64,000 nt of DNA from Escherichia coli (GCF_003790525.1 NZ_CP033635.1), one strand, 5' to 3'. Positions 12,721-27,586 are shown, counted from the stretch's first letter. Numbers and translations are program-made. Notes: generated from the sequence alone by a model not told the origin.

Positions 12721-13680
12721 TTAATAACAGTTCGGAATATCAGCATCAGTGAGTTGGGTTGTCGCCAGCACAATCTCACGTTCAAAGCCCTGTTCCAGCA
12801 TGCGCAAGGCAATTTTAATGGCTTGTTCATGCATACCTTCTACTTTGCCTTTCTGCAAACCCTCCAACTTCCCCTCCTGCCAACCTTCAATCTTACCCTT
12901 CTGCCAGCCAATTTGATGCCCTTCCTGCCGCAGCCGTTCAGCAATAGTCATTAATCTCTCCTTTTGTAGTGGTGAACGTTCGGCAATCTCCTCAATAAAA
13001 CGGGTGAAACGGGAGGTATCGCCGCATTGCAGCAGATAATTAAACAGCGTTTGTAGCTGGCTGTCATTAGTGAAGCCTCTAACCAAAAGCGTGGTGATCC
13101 TGTCGACCATACCGATTAAATCGCGGTCGCGAATATGCTTTTGAATCAGTTCCAGCAGAGCTATACGCCGATGTTGCATGATCTCATCGTCAGGTACGAT
13201 GGTGATATCCACCAACGGAAAAGCTTCGGTGTACAACTGCCGGGCAAGTTGCGGATCGTCAAACTCATCCAGCCAGTTGAGTGAGTACGGGTAGGGCGAG
13301 GTTTCGCCATGATAAAACAGCAATGGTACCACCAGCGGGACTCTGTCATAGCCTTTGTCCAGGTGACGCTGCATGGCGGCAGTGGCATAGCGCATTAGCC
13401 GAAAAGCCATATTCTTTTCTGCAGAGCTTTGATGTTCAATCACGCAGTAGATATAACCGTCACCCTCGCTGGTTTCCACAGACCACAAAACATCCGAGTA
13501 GTAAGCGCGTAAACTTTTTTCAATAAAGCTGGTGGGTTCCAGGCGTAAGGTTTGCAGGTTGCAAAGCTTGCGCAGCGGCTCTGGTAGATGTATTTCCAGA
13601 AAATCTCGCGCCGTATCGGGCGAGAACATAAAGGTTTTAAATACCGCATCATGCGGGGAGGAGGTTGTTGATTCGGTCAT
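12721..13680 (-). CDS. rpnB: RpnB (YfaD), recombination-promoting nuclease, transposase_31 / PD-(D/E)XK family
   Basis: 319-aa ORF with conserved Rpn N-terminus ([18 protein letters not shown]…) and a C-terminal repeat region ([27 protein letters not shown]). Confidence 0.85.
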   Translation of the reverse strand: MTESTTSSPHDAVFKTFMFSPDTARDFLEIHLPEPLRKLCNLQTLRLEPTSFIEKSLRAYYSDVLWSVETSEGDGYIYCVIEHQSSAEKNMAFRLMRYATAAMQRHLDKGYDRVPLVVPLLFYHGETSPYPYSLNWLDEFDDPQLARQLYTEAFPLVDITIVPDDEIMQHRRIALLELIQKHIRDRDLIGMVDRITTLLVRGFTNDSQLQTLFNYLLQCGDTSRFTRFIEEIAERSPLQKERLMTIAERLRQEGHQIGWQKGKIEGWQEGKLEGLQKGKVEGMHEQAIKIALRMLEQGFEREIVLATTQLTDADIPNCY

Positions 13681-13872
13681 GGTTGTCCGTCACCTGATAT
13701 TTATGATGACGCGACATTACGGTTATCCCGGGCCTTTGACATCTGCCAGTTTCAGCCTTTGCGAGACGTTTTCAGAGGAATTTTCACTGCGTTGCAACGT
13801 ATACATTGGGCACGGAATCGTGTGCGCAAAAATGCCCGGTAACCACATGCTTACCGGGCATCAGAAGGGAGT

Positions 13873-17937
<4,065 letters not shown>

Positions 17938-18082
17938 TGTTATCCCTCTGAAGTTCGTTTTTACCATTTAGCCATAGTAAAAACATGAATTGTTTGATTT
18001 CGCGCATATTCGCTCATAATTCGAAAGTGAAACGTGATTTCATGCGTCATTCTGAACATTTAAACCATCGTATTTAATAATG

Positions 18083-18098
18083 TGTGCGGTAATTCACA
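18083..18098. promoter_or_regulatory. Candidate CRP site in the divergent glpACB / glpTQ control region
   Basis: TGTGC-ggtaat-TCACA matches the CRP consensus TGTGA-N6-TCACA inside the 271-bp divergent intergenic region. Confidence 0.5.
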
Positions 18099-18208
18099 TT
18101 TAATTTATGAATGTTTTCTTAACATCGCGGCAACTCAAGAAACGGCAGGTTCTCCCACTGAATCAGTCTGTTAATCATAAATAAGACCACGGGCCACGGA
18201 GGCTTTCA

Positions 18209-19567
18209 ATGTTGAGTATTTTTAAACCAGCGCCACACAAAGCGCGCTTACCTGCTGCGGAGATCGATCCGACTTATCGTCGATTGCGCTGGCAAATTTT
18301 CCTGGGGATATTCTTTGGCTATGCTGCTTACTATTTGGTTCGTAAGAACTTTGCGCTCGCTATGCCTTATCTGGTTGAGCAGGGATTCTCACGCGGTGAT
18401 TTAGGTTTTGCCCTTTCGGGGATCTCGATTGCTTATGGATTTTCGAAATTCATCATGGGTTCGGTATCGGATCGCTCGAATCCGCGCGTTTTCCTGCCCG
18501 CAGGTTTGATTCTGGCGGCGGCAGTGATGTTGTTTATGGGCTTTGTGCCGTGGGCGACGTCGAGCATTGCGGTGATGTTTGTACTGTTGTTCCTCTGCGG
18601 TTGGTTCCAGGGGATGGGATGGCCGCCGTGCGGTCGTACTATGGTGCACTGGTGGTCGCAGAAAGAACGTGGCGGCATTGTGTCAGTGTGGAACTGTGCG
18701 CACAACGTCGGTGGTGGTATTCCGCCGCTGCTGTTCCTGCTGGGGATGGCCTGGTTCAATGACTGGCACGCGGCGCTCTATATGCCCGCTTTCTGCGCCA
18801 TTCTGGTGGCACTGTTCGCCTTTGCGATGATGCGCGATACCCCGCAATCCTGTGGCCTGCCGCCGATCGAAGAGTACAAAAATGATTATCCGGACGACTA
18901 TAACGAAAAAGCGGAACAGGAGCTGACGGCGAAGCAAATCTTCATGCAGTACGTGCTGCCGAACAAACTGCTGTGGTACATCGCTATCGCCAACGTGTTC
19001 GTTTATCTGCTGCGTTACGGCATCCTCGACTGGTCACCGACTTATCTGAAAGAGGTGAAACACTTCGCGCTGGATAAATCCTCCTGGGCCTACTTCTTCT
19101 ATGAGTATGCGGGCATTCCGGGCACCCTGCTGTGCGGCTGGATGTCGGATAAAGTCTTCCGTGGCAACCGTGGGGCCACCGGTGTCTTCTTTATGACACT
19201 GGTGACCATCGCGACTATCGTTTACTGGATGAACCCGGCAGGTAACCCAACCGTCGATATGATTTGTATGATTGTTATCGGCTTCCTGATCTATGGCCCT
19301 GTGATGCTGATCGGTCTACATGCGCTGGAACTGGCACCGAAAAAAGCGGCAGGTACGGCAGCGGGTTTTACCGGGCTGTTTGGTTACCTCGGCGGTTCGG
19401 TGGCGGCGAGCGCGATTGTTGGCTACACCGTGGACTTCTTCGGCTGGGATGGCGGCTTTATGGTAATGATTGGCGGCAGCATTCTGGCGGTTATCTTATT
19501 GATTGTTGTGATGATTGGCGAAAAACGTCGCCATCAGGAATTACTGCAAAAACGCAACGGAGGCTAA
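18209..19567 (+). CDS. glpT: GlpT, glycerol-3-phosphate:phosphate antiporter (MFS)
   Basis: 452-aa ORF, full-length match to GlpT ([31 protein letters not shown]…). Confidence 0.95.
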   Translation: MLSIFKPAPHKARLPAAEIDPTYRRLRWQIFLGIFFGYAAYYLVRKNFALAMPYLVEQGFSRGDLGFALSGISIAYGFSKFIMGSVSDRSNPRVFLPAGLILAAAVMLFMGFVPWATSSIAVMFVLLFLCGWFQGMGWPPCGRTMVHWWSQKERGGIVSVWNCAHNVGGGIPPLLFLLGMAWFNDWHAALYMPAFCAILVALFAFAMMRDTPQSCGLPPIEEYKNDYPDDYNEKAEQELTAKQIFMQYVLPNKLLWYIAIANVFVYLLRYGILDWSPTYLKEVKHFALDKSSWAYFFYEYAGIPGTLLCGWMSDKVFRGNRGATGVFFMTLVTIATIVYWMNPAGNPTVDMICMIVIGFLIYGPVMLIGLHALELAPKKAAGTAAGFTGLFGYLGGSVAASAIVGYTVDFFGWDGGFMVMIGGSILAVILLIVVMIGEKRRHQELLQKRNGG

Positions 19568-19571
19568 TGGC

Positions 19572-20648
19572 ATGAAATTGACGCTGAAAAACCTTAGCAT
19601 GGCGATCATGATGAGTGGAATGATCATGGGAAGCAGTGCAATGGCGGCGGACAGCAACGAAAAAATAGTCATCGCCCATCGCGGTGCCAGTGGATATTTG
19701 CCGGAGCATACGCTGCCAGCAAAAGCGATGGCGTATGCGCAGGGAGCGGATTATCTGGAACAGGATTTGGTGATGACCAAAGACGACCATCTGGTTGTTC
19801 TGCATGACCATTATCTCGATCGTGTTACTGATGTTGCCGATCGTTTCCCGGATCGGGCGCGCAAAGACGGTCGTTACTACGCGATAGATTTCACGCTCGA
19901 TGAAATTAAGTCACTGAAATTTACCGAAGGTTTCGATATTGAAAACGGTAAGAAAGTACAGACTTATCCGGGGCGTTTCCCAATGGGTAAGTCCGACTTC
20001 CGGGTGCACACCTTTGAAGAAGAGATTGAATTTGTTCAGGGGTTAAATCACTCTACCGGGAAAAATATTGGTATCTACCCGGAGATTAAAGCGCCGTGGT
20101 TCCATCATCAGGAAGGGAAGGATATTGCGGCAAAAACGCTGGAAGTGCTGAAGAAATATGGTTACACCGGTAAGGACGACAAAGTTTATTTGCAATGTTT
20201 TGATGCCGATGAACTGAAGCGTATTAAGAATGAGCTGGAACCTAAAATGGGCATGGACCTCAATCTGGTACAGCTGATTGCCTATACCGACTGGAACGAA
20301 ACTCAGCAGAAACAGCCGGACGGAAGCTGGGTTAATTACAACTACGACTGGATGTTTAAGCCGGGGGCCATGAAACAGGTGGCGGAATATGCTGATGGTA
20401 TTGGTCCGGATTACCATATGTTGATTGAGGAGACATCGCAGCCAGGTAATATCAAACTCACTGGCATGGTGCAAGATGCTCAGCAGAATAAACTGGTAGT
20501 GCATCCTTACACCGTGCGGTCAGATAAGCTGCCTGAATACACTACTGATGTGAATCAGTTATATGATGCTCTGTATAACAAAGCGGGTGTAAATGGGCTG
20601 TTTACTGATTTCCCTGATAAGGCAGTAAAATTCCTTAATAAAGAGTAA
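19572..20648 (+). CDS. glpQ: GlpQ, periplasmic glycerophosphodiester phosphodiesterase
   Basis: ORF 19515-20648 with start trimmed to MKLTLKNLSMAIMMSG (signal peptide), about 358 aa; the upstream extension overlaps the glpT 3-prime end. Confidence 0.9.
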   Translation: MKLTLKNLSMAIMMSGMIMGSSAMAADSNEKIVIAHRGASGYLPEHTLPAKAMAYAQGADYLEQDLVMTKDDHLVVLHDHYLDRVTDVADRFPDRARKDGRYYAIDFTLDEIKSLKFTEGFDIENGKKVQTYPGRFPMGKSDFRVHTFEEEIEFVQGLNHSTGKNIGIYPEIKAPWFHHQEGKDIAAKTLEVLKKYGYTGKDDKVYLQCFDADELKRIKNELEPKMGMDLNLVQLIAYTDWNETQQKQPDGSWVNYNYDWMFKPGAMKQVAEYADGIGPDYHMLIEETSQPGNIKLTGMVQDAQQNKLVVHPYTVRSDKLPEYTTDVNQLYDALYNKAGVNGLFTDFPDKAVKFLNKE

Positions 20649-20656
20649 TGCTACTG

Positions 20657-20682
20657 CAGGATGGCGTTCATGCGCCATCCTG
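20657..20682. terminator. Hairpin after glpQ, overlapping the 3-prime end of the convergent LysR gene
   Basis: caggatggcgc-ttcat-gcgccatcctg, 11-bp perfect stem. Confidence 0.55.
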
Positions 20683-21567
20683 TCTCATATCAAATTTTCC
20701 ACTCTCCACTAATTGTTCTGTGCACATTTGTAGTAAAAACAGTGGACTGCCTTCTACCGGCTTTTCTTTAGCCAGCAACGAAATCTGTCGATAGAAGGTT
20801 GGTTCGAGAGGAACGGAACACAATTCATCTGCAATGGTTTTCAGCGTTAACTCTGGTAATAAGGCGATGCCTAATCCCTGTCGAATAAAACTGATCGCTG
20901 TATCCGGGTGATTAAATTCATATTTTATCTGTGGGGTAATATTCTTTTCTTTAAATAGTGCCATAATGCTTAATTCATAGCGTCCTTTACTAATAATTAA
21001 TGGTTCACCCATTAACTCTTCCACTGTAATAGTGCTGTTTTTTGCCAGAGCATGGTTGGGCGGTAACACTACGGTGAATTTATCCTGATAAATGGGCACG
21101 GAGTACATTCCGCTCACCGGAAAATGAACAAAACCGGCATCAATGGATTCATTCTGAAGGGAATCAATAATCGCTGTGCTATTTTCCTCAAAAGGAATAA
21201 TTTTTATATTCGGATGATGAATTTCAAAGTAGCGAATCACAGCCGGTAAGATACAGGCACAGACGCTGGGGAAACAACCAAGTCTCAGCGTTCTTTGAGG
21301 GTTCTGCTTTTCCTGCTCGGCTATCTCTTTTACTGCGTTCACTTCCCGATTAATGGCGCGCAGATGATGCATAATGCGGTGACCTGCAGAGGTCAGTTGT
21401 ATAGCTTTACGGCGATCGCGTAACAGTATATTCACGCCAAGTTCTTGTTCGAGGGCAGCAATTGCCTGACTTACCGCCGACTGCGTCATGAACAATCGCT
21501 TGCTGGCTTCAGTAAAGCCACCGTAATCCAGCACGGCGAGTAAAGAATTTATTTGGGTAAGAGTCAT
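20668..21567 (-). CDS. yfaH: LysR-family transcriptional regulator (full-length counterpart of yfaH)
   Basis: 299-aa ORF with N-terminal LysR HTH (…FTEASKRLFMTQSAVSQAIAALEQELG…) and substrate-binding domain. Intact here; I recall yfaH as a truncated pseudogene in K-12. Confidence 0.8.
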   Translation of the reverse strand: MTLTQINSLLAVLDYGGFTEASKRLFMTQSAVSQAIAALEQELGVNILLRDRRKAIQLTSAGHRIMHHLRAINREVNAVKEIAEQEKQNPQRTLRLGCFPSVCACILPAVIRYFEIHHPNIKIIPFEENSTAIIDSLQNESIDAGFVHFPVSGMYSVPIYQDKFTVVLPPNHALAKNSTITVEELMGEPLIISKGRYELSIMALFKEKNITPQIKYEFNHPDTAISFIRQGLGIALLPELTLKTIADELCSVPLEPTFYRQISLLAKEKPVEGSPLFLLQMCTEQLVESGKFDMRQDGA

Positions 21568-21718
21568 TAGAGTTTGCTAATCAATAATATTAAAACGATT
21601 AATTTCTCTAATAGCATGCCGCCATTTATACTTCTGTTCTGCAAAGTACATCACAATTTGACGTAACCGCAGTAACGGGAGTGTTGTCTGCGTGCGTCAT
21701 CCTGACAGGCGGTAGGGT

Positions 21719-22909
21719 ATGAAAGAGAAGTTATGGACGAAGGATTTTTGGGCAATAACCATCATCAGTTTTATTATTTTCTTCGTCTTTTATGTTTTAC
21801 TAACATTGTTGCCAATTTATATCTCAGACCGCTTGCATGCCTCTCCTGATAAAGCAGGTTTGTTGGTGACTTTATTTTTAATTGCCGCCATTGTTATTCG
21901 CCCCTTTGCCGGGCAATGGGTGGGTAAATATTCGAATAAAACTATTCTGGGGCTCTCTTCTCTGGCCTTCTTGGTGGTCACTGCGCTGTATCCTTTTTGC
22001 CACTCAATTGAATCACTGCTTTTTATTCGGGTGCTTCATGGTATTACCTTCGGGGTTATCACTACGGTAAAAGGAACGATTTCCGCGCGGCTGATCCCGG
22101 CCTCCCGACGTGGGGAGGGCATCAGTTTTTTCTCTCTGGCAATGGGGCTGGCAATGGTGGTCGGGCCGTGGATTGGCCTGAATATGGCGCGCTGGGAGGC
22201 CTTTAATATGGCTTTCTGGTTATGCACCGGCGTGGCAGCGGTGGGGATTATTCTGTCGCTGATTATGACAGTGCCGCCGGTTATCAGCCATGCTGATGGT
22301 TCAACGCCGAAAATGGGCTTCGCCGCCATGTTCGATCGCGCGGCGTTGCCATTTGCGATGGTCACCTTTTTTATGACCTTTTCGTATGCCGGGGTTTCTG
22401 CTTTTCTGGCGCTTTATGCACGCGAACTTAACCTGATGTCGGCAGCCAGTAATTTCCTGCTTTGCTACGCTATCTTCCTGATGATCTGCCGTACCTTTAC
22501 CGGCAATGTCTGCGACAAAAAAGGACCGAAATATGTGGTTTACCCTTGCCTTGTGTTCTTTACGGTTGGACTGGTGGTTCTCGGCTACACCCAGGGAAGC
22601 ATAATGATGGTTGTTTCTGGCGCGTTGATTGGTATCGGGTATGGTTCCGTGACGCCAGTTTTTCAGACGCAGATTATCAGTTCAGTGGAACCGCATAAAA
22701 TCGGTGTCGCAAACTCCCTCTTCTTCAATGCGATGGATGCAGGCCTGGCGCTGGGAGCCTGTGTGATGGGGATGATGGTTGCACATACTGGCTACCGAAT
22801 GATTTATCTGCTGGGTGCACTATTAGTGGTAGTGGCTGGTGGAGTCTATGAGCTGCAAATGAAGGGCAAAAGCGGTGTCATGCTAGTAGCGGCAAAAGAA
22901 ATTCATTAA
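21719..22909 (+). CDS. MFS transporter (12-TM, efflux-type), divergent from the LysR regulator
   Basis: 396-aa ORF, hydrophobic throughout with MFS loop motifs; not an ORF I associate with K-12 at this position. Confidence 0.75.
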   Translation: MKEKLWTKDFWAITIISFIIFFVFYVLLTLLPIYISDRLHASPDKAGLLVTLFLIAAIVIRPFAGQWVGKYSNKTILGLSSLAFLVVTALYPFCHSIESLLFIRVLHGITFGVITTVKGTISARLIPASRRGEGISFFSLAMGLAMVVGPWIGLNMARWEAFNMAFWLCTGVAAVGIILSLIMTVPPVISHADGSTPKMGFAAMFDRAALPFAMVTFFMTFSYAGVSAFLALYARELNLMSAASNFLLCYAIFLMICRTFTGNVCDKKGPKYVVYPCLVFFTVGLVVLGYTQGSIMMVVSGALIGIGYGSVTPVFQTQIISSVEPHKIGVANSLFFNAMDAGLALGACVMGMMVAHTGYRMIYLLGALLVVVAGGVYELQMKGKSGVMLVAAKEIH

Positions 22910-22989
22910 TACGACACGTTTCATTAAGATTTTTCGCAGGTAACCACCTATAGTCATTGTCGTAAATAAAAAATGACAGGCGATAGGGT

Positions 22990-23640
22990 ATGGCAGTTTC
23001 AGCAAAGCACGACGAATTTAATCACTGGTGGGCAACAGAGGGCGACTGGGTTGAAGAGCCTAACTATCGCCGTAATGGTATGAGCGGGGTGCAATGCGTC
23101 GAGCGCAACGGCAAAAAGCTATATGTAAAGCGCATGACGCATCATCTGTTTCATTCCGTACGTTATCCGTTCGGTCGACCAACGATTGTCCGTGAGGTTG
23201 CGGTAATTAAAGAACTGGAACGGGCTGGTGTCATCGTGCCGAAGATCGTTTTTGGTGAAGCGGTGAAAATTGAGGGGGAATGGCGCGCGTTGCTGGTGAC
23301 TGAAGATATGGCGGGGTTCATCAGCATTGCTGACTGGTATGCCCGGCATGCAGTATCGCCTTATTCTGACGAAGTACGGCAAGCCATGTTGAAAGCAGTG
23401 GCGCTGGCGTTTAAGAAAATGCATAGCGTTAATCGTCAGCATGGCTGTTGTTATGTTCGCCATATCTATGTGAAAACAGAAGGTAAGGCAGAAGCTGGAT
23501 TTCTTGACCTGGAGAAAAGTCGTCGCCGCTTGCGTCGTGATAAAGCGATTAATCATGACTTCCGCCAGCTGGAAAAATATCTGGAGCCGATCCCTAAAGC
23601 GGACTGGGAGCAGGTGAAAGCGTATTACTACGCCATGTAA
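22990..23640 (+). CDS. inaA: InaA, pH-inducible protein of the lipopolysaccharide-kinase (Kdo/WaaP) family
   Basis: 216-aa ORF; sequence and position between glpQ and nrdB match InaA. Confidence 0.85.
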   Translation: MAVSAKHDEFNHWWATEGDWVEEPNYRRNGMSGVQCVERNGKKLYVKRMTHHLFHSVRYPFGRPTIVREVAVIKELERAGVIVPKIVFGEAVKIEGEWRALLVTEDMAGFISIADWYARHAVSPYSDEVRQAMLKAVALAFKKMHSVNRQHGCCYVRHIYVKTEGKAEAGFLDLEKSRRRLRRDKAINHDFRQLEKYLEPIPKADWEQVKAYYYAM

Positions 23641-23693
23641 TCGTTGTAGGCCAGATAATACGCGTAAGCGTCGTATCTGGCGCTAGTACCCGA

Positions 23694-23948
23694 TCACAAC
23701 TCGATTTCAATATCGCCTTTTGCCCGGCAACAACAGGGCAAAATTTCCCCCGGCTGAATAAAGGCTAACGGTTCGGCAATCCAGTCCACCTGGCCTGCAA
23801 CAAGGCGTGTGCGACAGGAACCGCAGTAACCTTCGCGGCACTGATACTCAACCGCCACATTGTGGGATTCCAGCGCCGCCAGAAGGGAAAGGTGTTCATC
23901 CTGGCACAGCAGCTGTGTGCCAGTGATGCGCAGGGTAACGCGGGCCAT
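23694..23948 (-). CDS. yfaE: YfaE, 2Fe-2S ferredoxin involved in NrdB diferric-tyrosyl radical maintenance
   Basis: 84-aa ORF with Cys-rich ferredoxin motifs (CREGYCGSC…CCC) immediately downstream of nrdB. Confidence 0.9.
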   Translation of the reverse strand: MARVTLRITGTQLLCQDEHLSLLAALESHNVAVEYQCREGYCGSCRTRLVAGQVDWIAEPLAFIQPGEILPCCCRAKGDIEIEL

Positions 23949-25078
23949 CAGAGCTGGAAGTTACTCAAATCGTCGGTGTCCACTTCCGCGTCAATCTGCC
24001 CGACCAGATAAGAACTCACTTCCACTTCCTGCGGAGCAACCTGTACGTTATCAGACACCAACCAAGTGTTGATCCACGGGATCGGGTTGGAGCGCGTCTG
24101 GAACGGCAGATCCAAACCGACTGCCTGCATACGGATATTGGTGATGTATTCAACGTACTGGCAGAGGATGTCTTTATTCAGACCAATCATCGAACCATCA
24201 CGGAACAGATAATCCGCCCAGTCTTTCTCTTGCTGTGCCGCCTGGACAAACAGGTCATAGCACTCCTGCTTACATTCTTCGGCAATTTCCGCCATCTCCG
24301 GATCATCCGCGCCGCTGCGCAGCAGATTCAGCATATGCTGGGTGCCGGTCAGGTGCAGGGCTTCGTCGCGGGCAATCAGGCGAATAATTTTGGCGTTACC
24401 TTCCATCAGTTCGCGTTCTGCAAAGGCAAAGGAACAAGCAAAGCTGACGTAGAAGCGGATCGCTTCCAGCGCGTTAACGCTCATCAGGCAGAGATACAGT
24501 TTTTTCTTCAGCTCGCGCAGGCTAACGGTTACGGTTTTACCGTTAACGGTGTGGGTACCTTCGCCCAGCAGATGCCAGTAGCTGGTCATTTCGATCAGTT
24601 CATCGTAATAGCTGGAGATCCCTTCCGCACGTTTCTGGATCTGCTCGTTGGTGACGATATCGTCAAAGACAACTGACGGATCGTTAACGATATTACGGAT
24701 GATATGGGTATAGGAGCGGGAATGAATCGTTTCTGAGAACGCCCAGGTTTCTACCCAGGTTTCCAGTTCCGGGATCGAGATCAGCGGCAGCAGTGCCACG
24801 TTCGGGCTGCGACCCTGAATGGAGTCCAGCAGCGTCTGATATTTCAGGTTGCTGATAAAGATGTGTTTTTCGTGTTCAGGTAGTGCCTGGTAATCGATAC
24901 GGTCACGAGAAACGTCAACTTCTTCCGGACGCCAGAAGAAAGAGAGCTGCTTTTCGATCAGCTTTTCGAAGATGTCATATTTTTGCTGATCGTAGCGAGC
25001 CACGTTAACCGGCTGACCAAAGAACATCGGTTCTTTCAGCTGATCATTTTTCGTCTGTGAAAAGGTGGTATATGCCAT
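23948..25078 (-). CDS. nrdB: NrdB, class Ia ribonucleotide reductase beta subunit
   Basis: ORF 23948-25129 with start trimmed to [17 protein letters not shown], about 376 aa. Confidence 0.95.
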   Translation of the reverse strand: MAYTTFSQTKNDQLKEPMFFGQPVNVARYDQQKYDIFEKLIEKQLSFFWRPEEVDVSRDRIDYQALPEHEKHIFISNLKYQTLLDSIQGRSPNVALLPLISIPELETWVETWAFSETIHSRSYTHIIRNIVNDPSVVFDDIVTNEQIQKRAEGISSYYDELIEMTSYWHLLGEGTHTVNGKTVTVSLRELKKKLYLCLMSVNALEAIRFYVSFACSFAFAERELMEGNAKIIRLIARDEALHLTGTQHMLNLLRSGADDPEMAEIAEECKQECYDLFVQAAQQEKDWADYLFRDGSMIGLNKDILCQYVEYITNIRMQAVGLDLPFQTRSNPIPWINTWLVSDNVQVAPQEVEVSSYLVGQIDAEVDTDDLSNFQL

Positions 25079-25089
25079 GAATGTGTCCT

Positions 25090-25222
25090 GTTGGGAGTTT
25101 AATGCCGGATAAGGCATTTTACGCCGCATCCTGTGCCTGATGCGACGCTGGCGCGTCTTATCAGGCCTACAAACCGAGCCGTATGCCGGATAAGGCGTTC
25201 ACGCCGCATCCGGCATCTCAAT
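25090..25222. repeat. REP (BIME) cluster between nrdB and nrdA
   Basis: Several copies of the REP motif (gccggataaggcg…cgccgcatccggc) in alternating orientation. Confidence 0.8.
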
Positions 25223-25223
25223 A

Positions 25224-27509
25224 TCAGATCTTACATGCGCCGCTTTCGCAGCCATCGTCCTGGATTGACGGCACCAGATCGTCTTGTGCGTCTTCTGCAC
25301 CGTCACGGGTGTTCTGATAATACAGCGTTTTAACCCCGAATTTGTAGGCGGTGAGCAGGTCTTTCAGCAGTTGCTGCATCGGCACTTTTCCTGACGGGAA
25401 GCGTGACGGATCGTAGTTGGTGTTAGCAGAGATCGACTGATCGATAAATTTCTGCATGATACCCACCAGTTGCAGATAGCCATCGTTACCCGGCATTTCC
25501 CACAGCAGTTCATAGGCGTCGTGCAGATGCTCGTAGTCCGGCACCACCTGGCGCAGAATACCGTCTTTCGACGCTTTGATGCTGACGTAACCACGCGGCG
25601 GTTCAATACCGTTAGTGGCGTTAGAGATCTGCGAAGAGGTCTCTGACGGCATCAGAGCAGAAAGCGTGGAGTTACGCAGGCCGTGCGTTTTGATTGACTC
25701 ACGCAGTGCTTCCCAGTCGTAATGCAGCGGCTCATTAGCGATGGCATCCAGATCTTTCTTATAGGTATCGATCGGCAGGATCCCTTTCGCGTAAGTGGTT
25801 TCGTTAAACCACGGGCACGCGCCTTGCTCTTTCGCCAGCTCATTAGACGCTTTCAGCAGGTAATACTGAATGGCTTCGAAGGTTTTATGCGTCAGGTTGT
25901 TGGCGCTGCCGTCGGAGTAGCGTTTACCGTGCTTCGCCAGGTAGTAAGCGAAGTTGATCACACCAATACCCAGCGTACGACGCCCCATCGCTCCACGTTT
26001 AGCGGCCGGGATCGGGTAATCCTGATAATCCAGCAGTGCGTCGAGTGCGCGAACCGCCAGAATTGCCAGCTCTTCCAGTTCATCCAGGCTGTTAATTGCG
26101 CCCAGGTTGAAAGCAGACAGCGTACACAGCGCGATTTCACCGTTCTCGTCGTTGACGTCGTTCAGTGGTTTGGTCGGTAGGGCGATTTCCAGGCACAGGT
26201 TAGACTGGCGCACTGGTGCAATAGCCGGATCAAACGGGCTGTGGGTGTTGCAGTGGTCTACGTTCTGAATATAGATACGACCGGTAGACGCACGTTCCTG
26301 CATCATCAGCGAGAACAGCTCAACGGCTTTCACACGCTGCTTGCGGATGCTGTCATCTTTCTCATATTTGGTGTACAGGCGTTCAAACTCTTCCTGATCG
26401 GCGAAGAACGCGTCGTACAGCCCCGGTACGTCGGACGGGCTGAACAGAGTGATATCTTCACCTTTCAGCAGACGGGTATACATCAGTTTGTTGATTTGTA
26501 CCCCGTAGTCCATATGACGCACGCGGTTGCCTTCCACCCCACGGTTGTTTTTCAACACCAGCAGGCTTTCAACTTCCAGATGCCACATCGGGTAGAACAG
26601 TGTTGCCGCACCGCCGCGCACACCGCCCTGAGAGCAGGATTTCACCGCTGTCTGGAAATGCTTATAGAACGGAATACAACCGGTATGGAACGCTTCGCCA
26701 CCGCGAATCGGGCTACCCAGCGCACGAATACGCCCGGCGTTGATGCCGATCCCGGCACGCTGGGAAACGTATTTAACAATCGCGCTGGAGGTGGCGTTGA
26801 TGGAATCCAGGCTGTCGCCGCACTCGATCAGTACGCAGGAGCTGAACTGACGAGTCGGGGTACGCACGCCGGACATGATTGGCGTCGGCAGCGAAATTTT
26901 AAATGTGGAAACCGCGTCGTAAAAACGCTTCACGTATTGCAGGCGCGTTTCACGCGGGTAGTTCGAGAACAGGCACGCGGCAACCAGAATATAAAGGAAC
27001 TGGGCGCTTTCGTAGATTTCGCCGGTCACACGGTTCTGCACCAGATATTTGCCTTCCAGCTGCTTAACGGCAGCATAAGAGAAGGTCATATCACGGTCGT
27101 GATCGATAAACGTGTCCATCTGCTTGAACTCTTCTTCCGTGTAGTCTTCCAGCAGATGATTATCGTATTTGCCCATCTCGACCATTTTCACCACGTGGTC
27201 GTACAGCGCAGGCGGCTCAAACTGGCCGTAGGCTTTTTTACGCAGGTGGAAGATCGCCAGGCGCGCGGCGAGATACTGATAATCCGGCGCATCACGGGAG
27301 ATCAGGTCTGCGGCAGCCTTGATAATGGTTTCGTGGATGTCAGAGGTCTTGATACCGTCATAAAACTGAATGTGGGAGCGCAGTTCGACCTGGGAAATCG
27401 AAACGTTATGCAGTCCTTCTGCCGCCCAATCCAGAACGCGATGGATTTTGTCGAGATTGATGCGCTCTGTGCTACCGTCGCGCTTTGTCACCAGCAGATT
27501 CTGATTCAT
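25224..27509 (-). CDS. nrdA: NrdA, class Ia ribonucleotide reductase alpha subunit
   Basis: 761-aa ORF, full-length match (MNQNLLVTKRDGSTERINLDKIHRVL…). Confidence 0.95.
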   Translation of the reverse strand: MNQNLLVTKRDGSTERINLDKIHRVLDWAAEGLHNVSISQVELRSHIQFYDGIKTSDIHETIIKAAADLISRDAPDYQYLAARLAIFHLRKKAYGQFEPPALYDHVVKMVEMGKYDNHLLEDYTEEEFKQMDTFIDHDRDMTFSYAAVKQLEGKYLVQNRVTGEIYESAQFLYILVAACLFSNYPRETRLQYVKRFYDAVSTFKISLPTPIMSGVRTPTRQFSSCVLIECGDSLDSINATSSAIVKYVSQRAGIGINAGRIRALGSPIRGGEAFHTGCIPFYKHFQTAVKSCSQGGVRGGAATLFYPMWHLEVESLLVLKNNRGVEGNRVRHMDYGVQINKLMYTRLLKGEDITLFSPSDVPGLYDAFFADQEEFERLYTKYEKDDSIRKQRVKAVELFSLMMQERASTGRIYIQNVDHCNTHSPFDPAIAPVRQSNLCLEIALPTKPLNDVNDENGEIALCTLSAFNLGAINSLDELEELAILAVRALDALLDYQDYPIPAAKRGAMGRRTLGIGVINFAYYLAKHGKRYSDGSANNLTHKTFEAIQYYLLKASNELAKEQGACPWFNETTYAKGILPIDTYKKDLDAIANEPLHYDWEALRESIKTHGLRNSTLSALMPSETSSQISNATNGIEPPRGYVSIKASKDGILRQVVPDYEHLHDAYELLWEMPGNDGYLQLVGIMQKFIDQSISANTNYDPSRFPSGKVPMQQLLKDLLTAYKFGVKTLYYQNTRDGAEDAQDDLVPSIQDDGCESGACKI

Positions 27510-27586
27510 GTATGTCGTACCTGTTTTTGGAATTCTTTCCGCAATAGTTTCATGCAGACTACCTGTAGTGAGGGAAGCTGCTTAGA

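Noticed and set aside
23645-23692. Hairpin gccagata…tatctggc downstream of inaA as a dedicated terminator
   Set aside because: It resembles a degenerate REP-like palindrome between convergent inaA and yfaE and lacks a T-tract; likely REP-related rather than a classic intrinsic terminator, so not listed as a feature.
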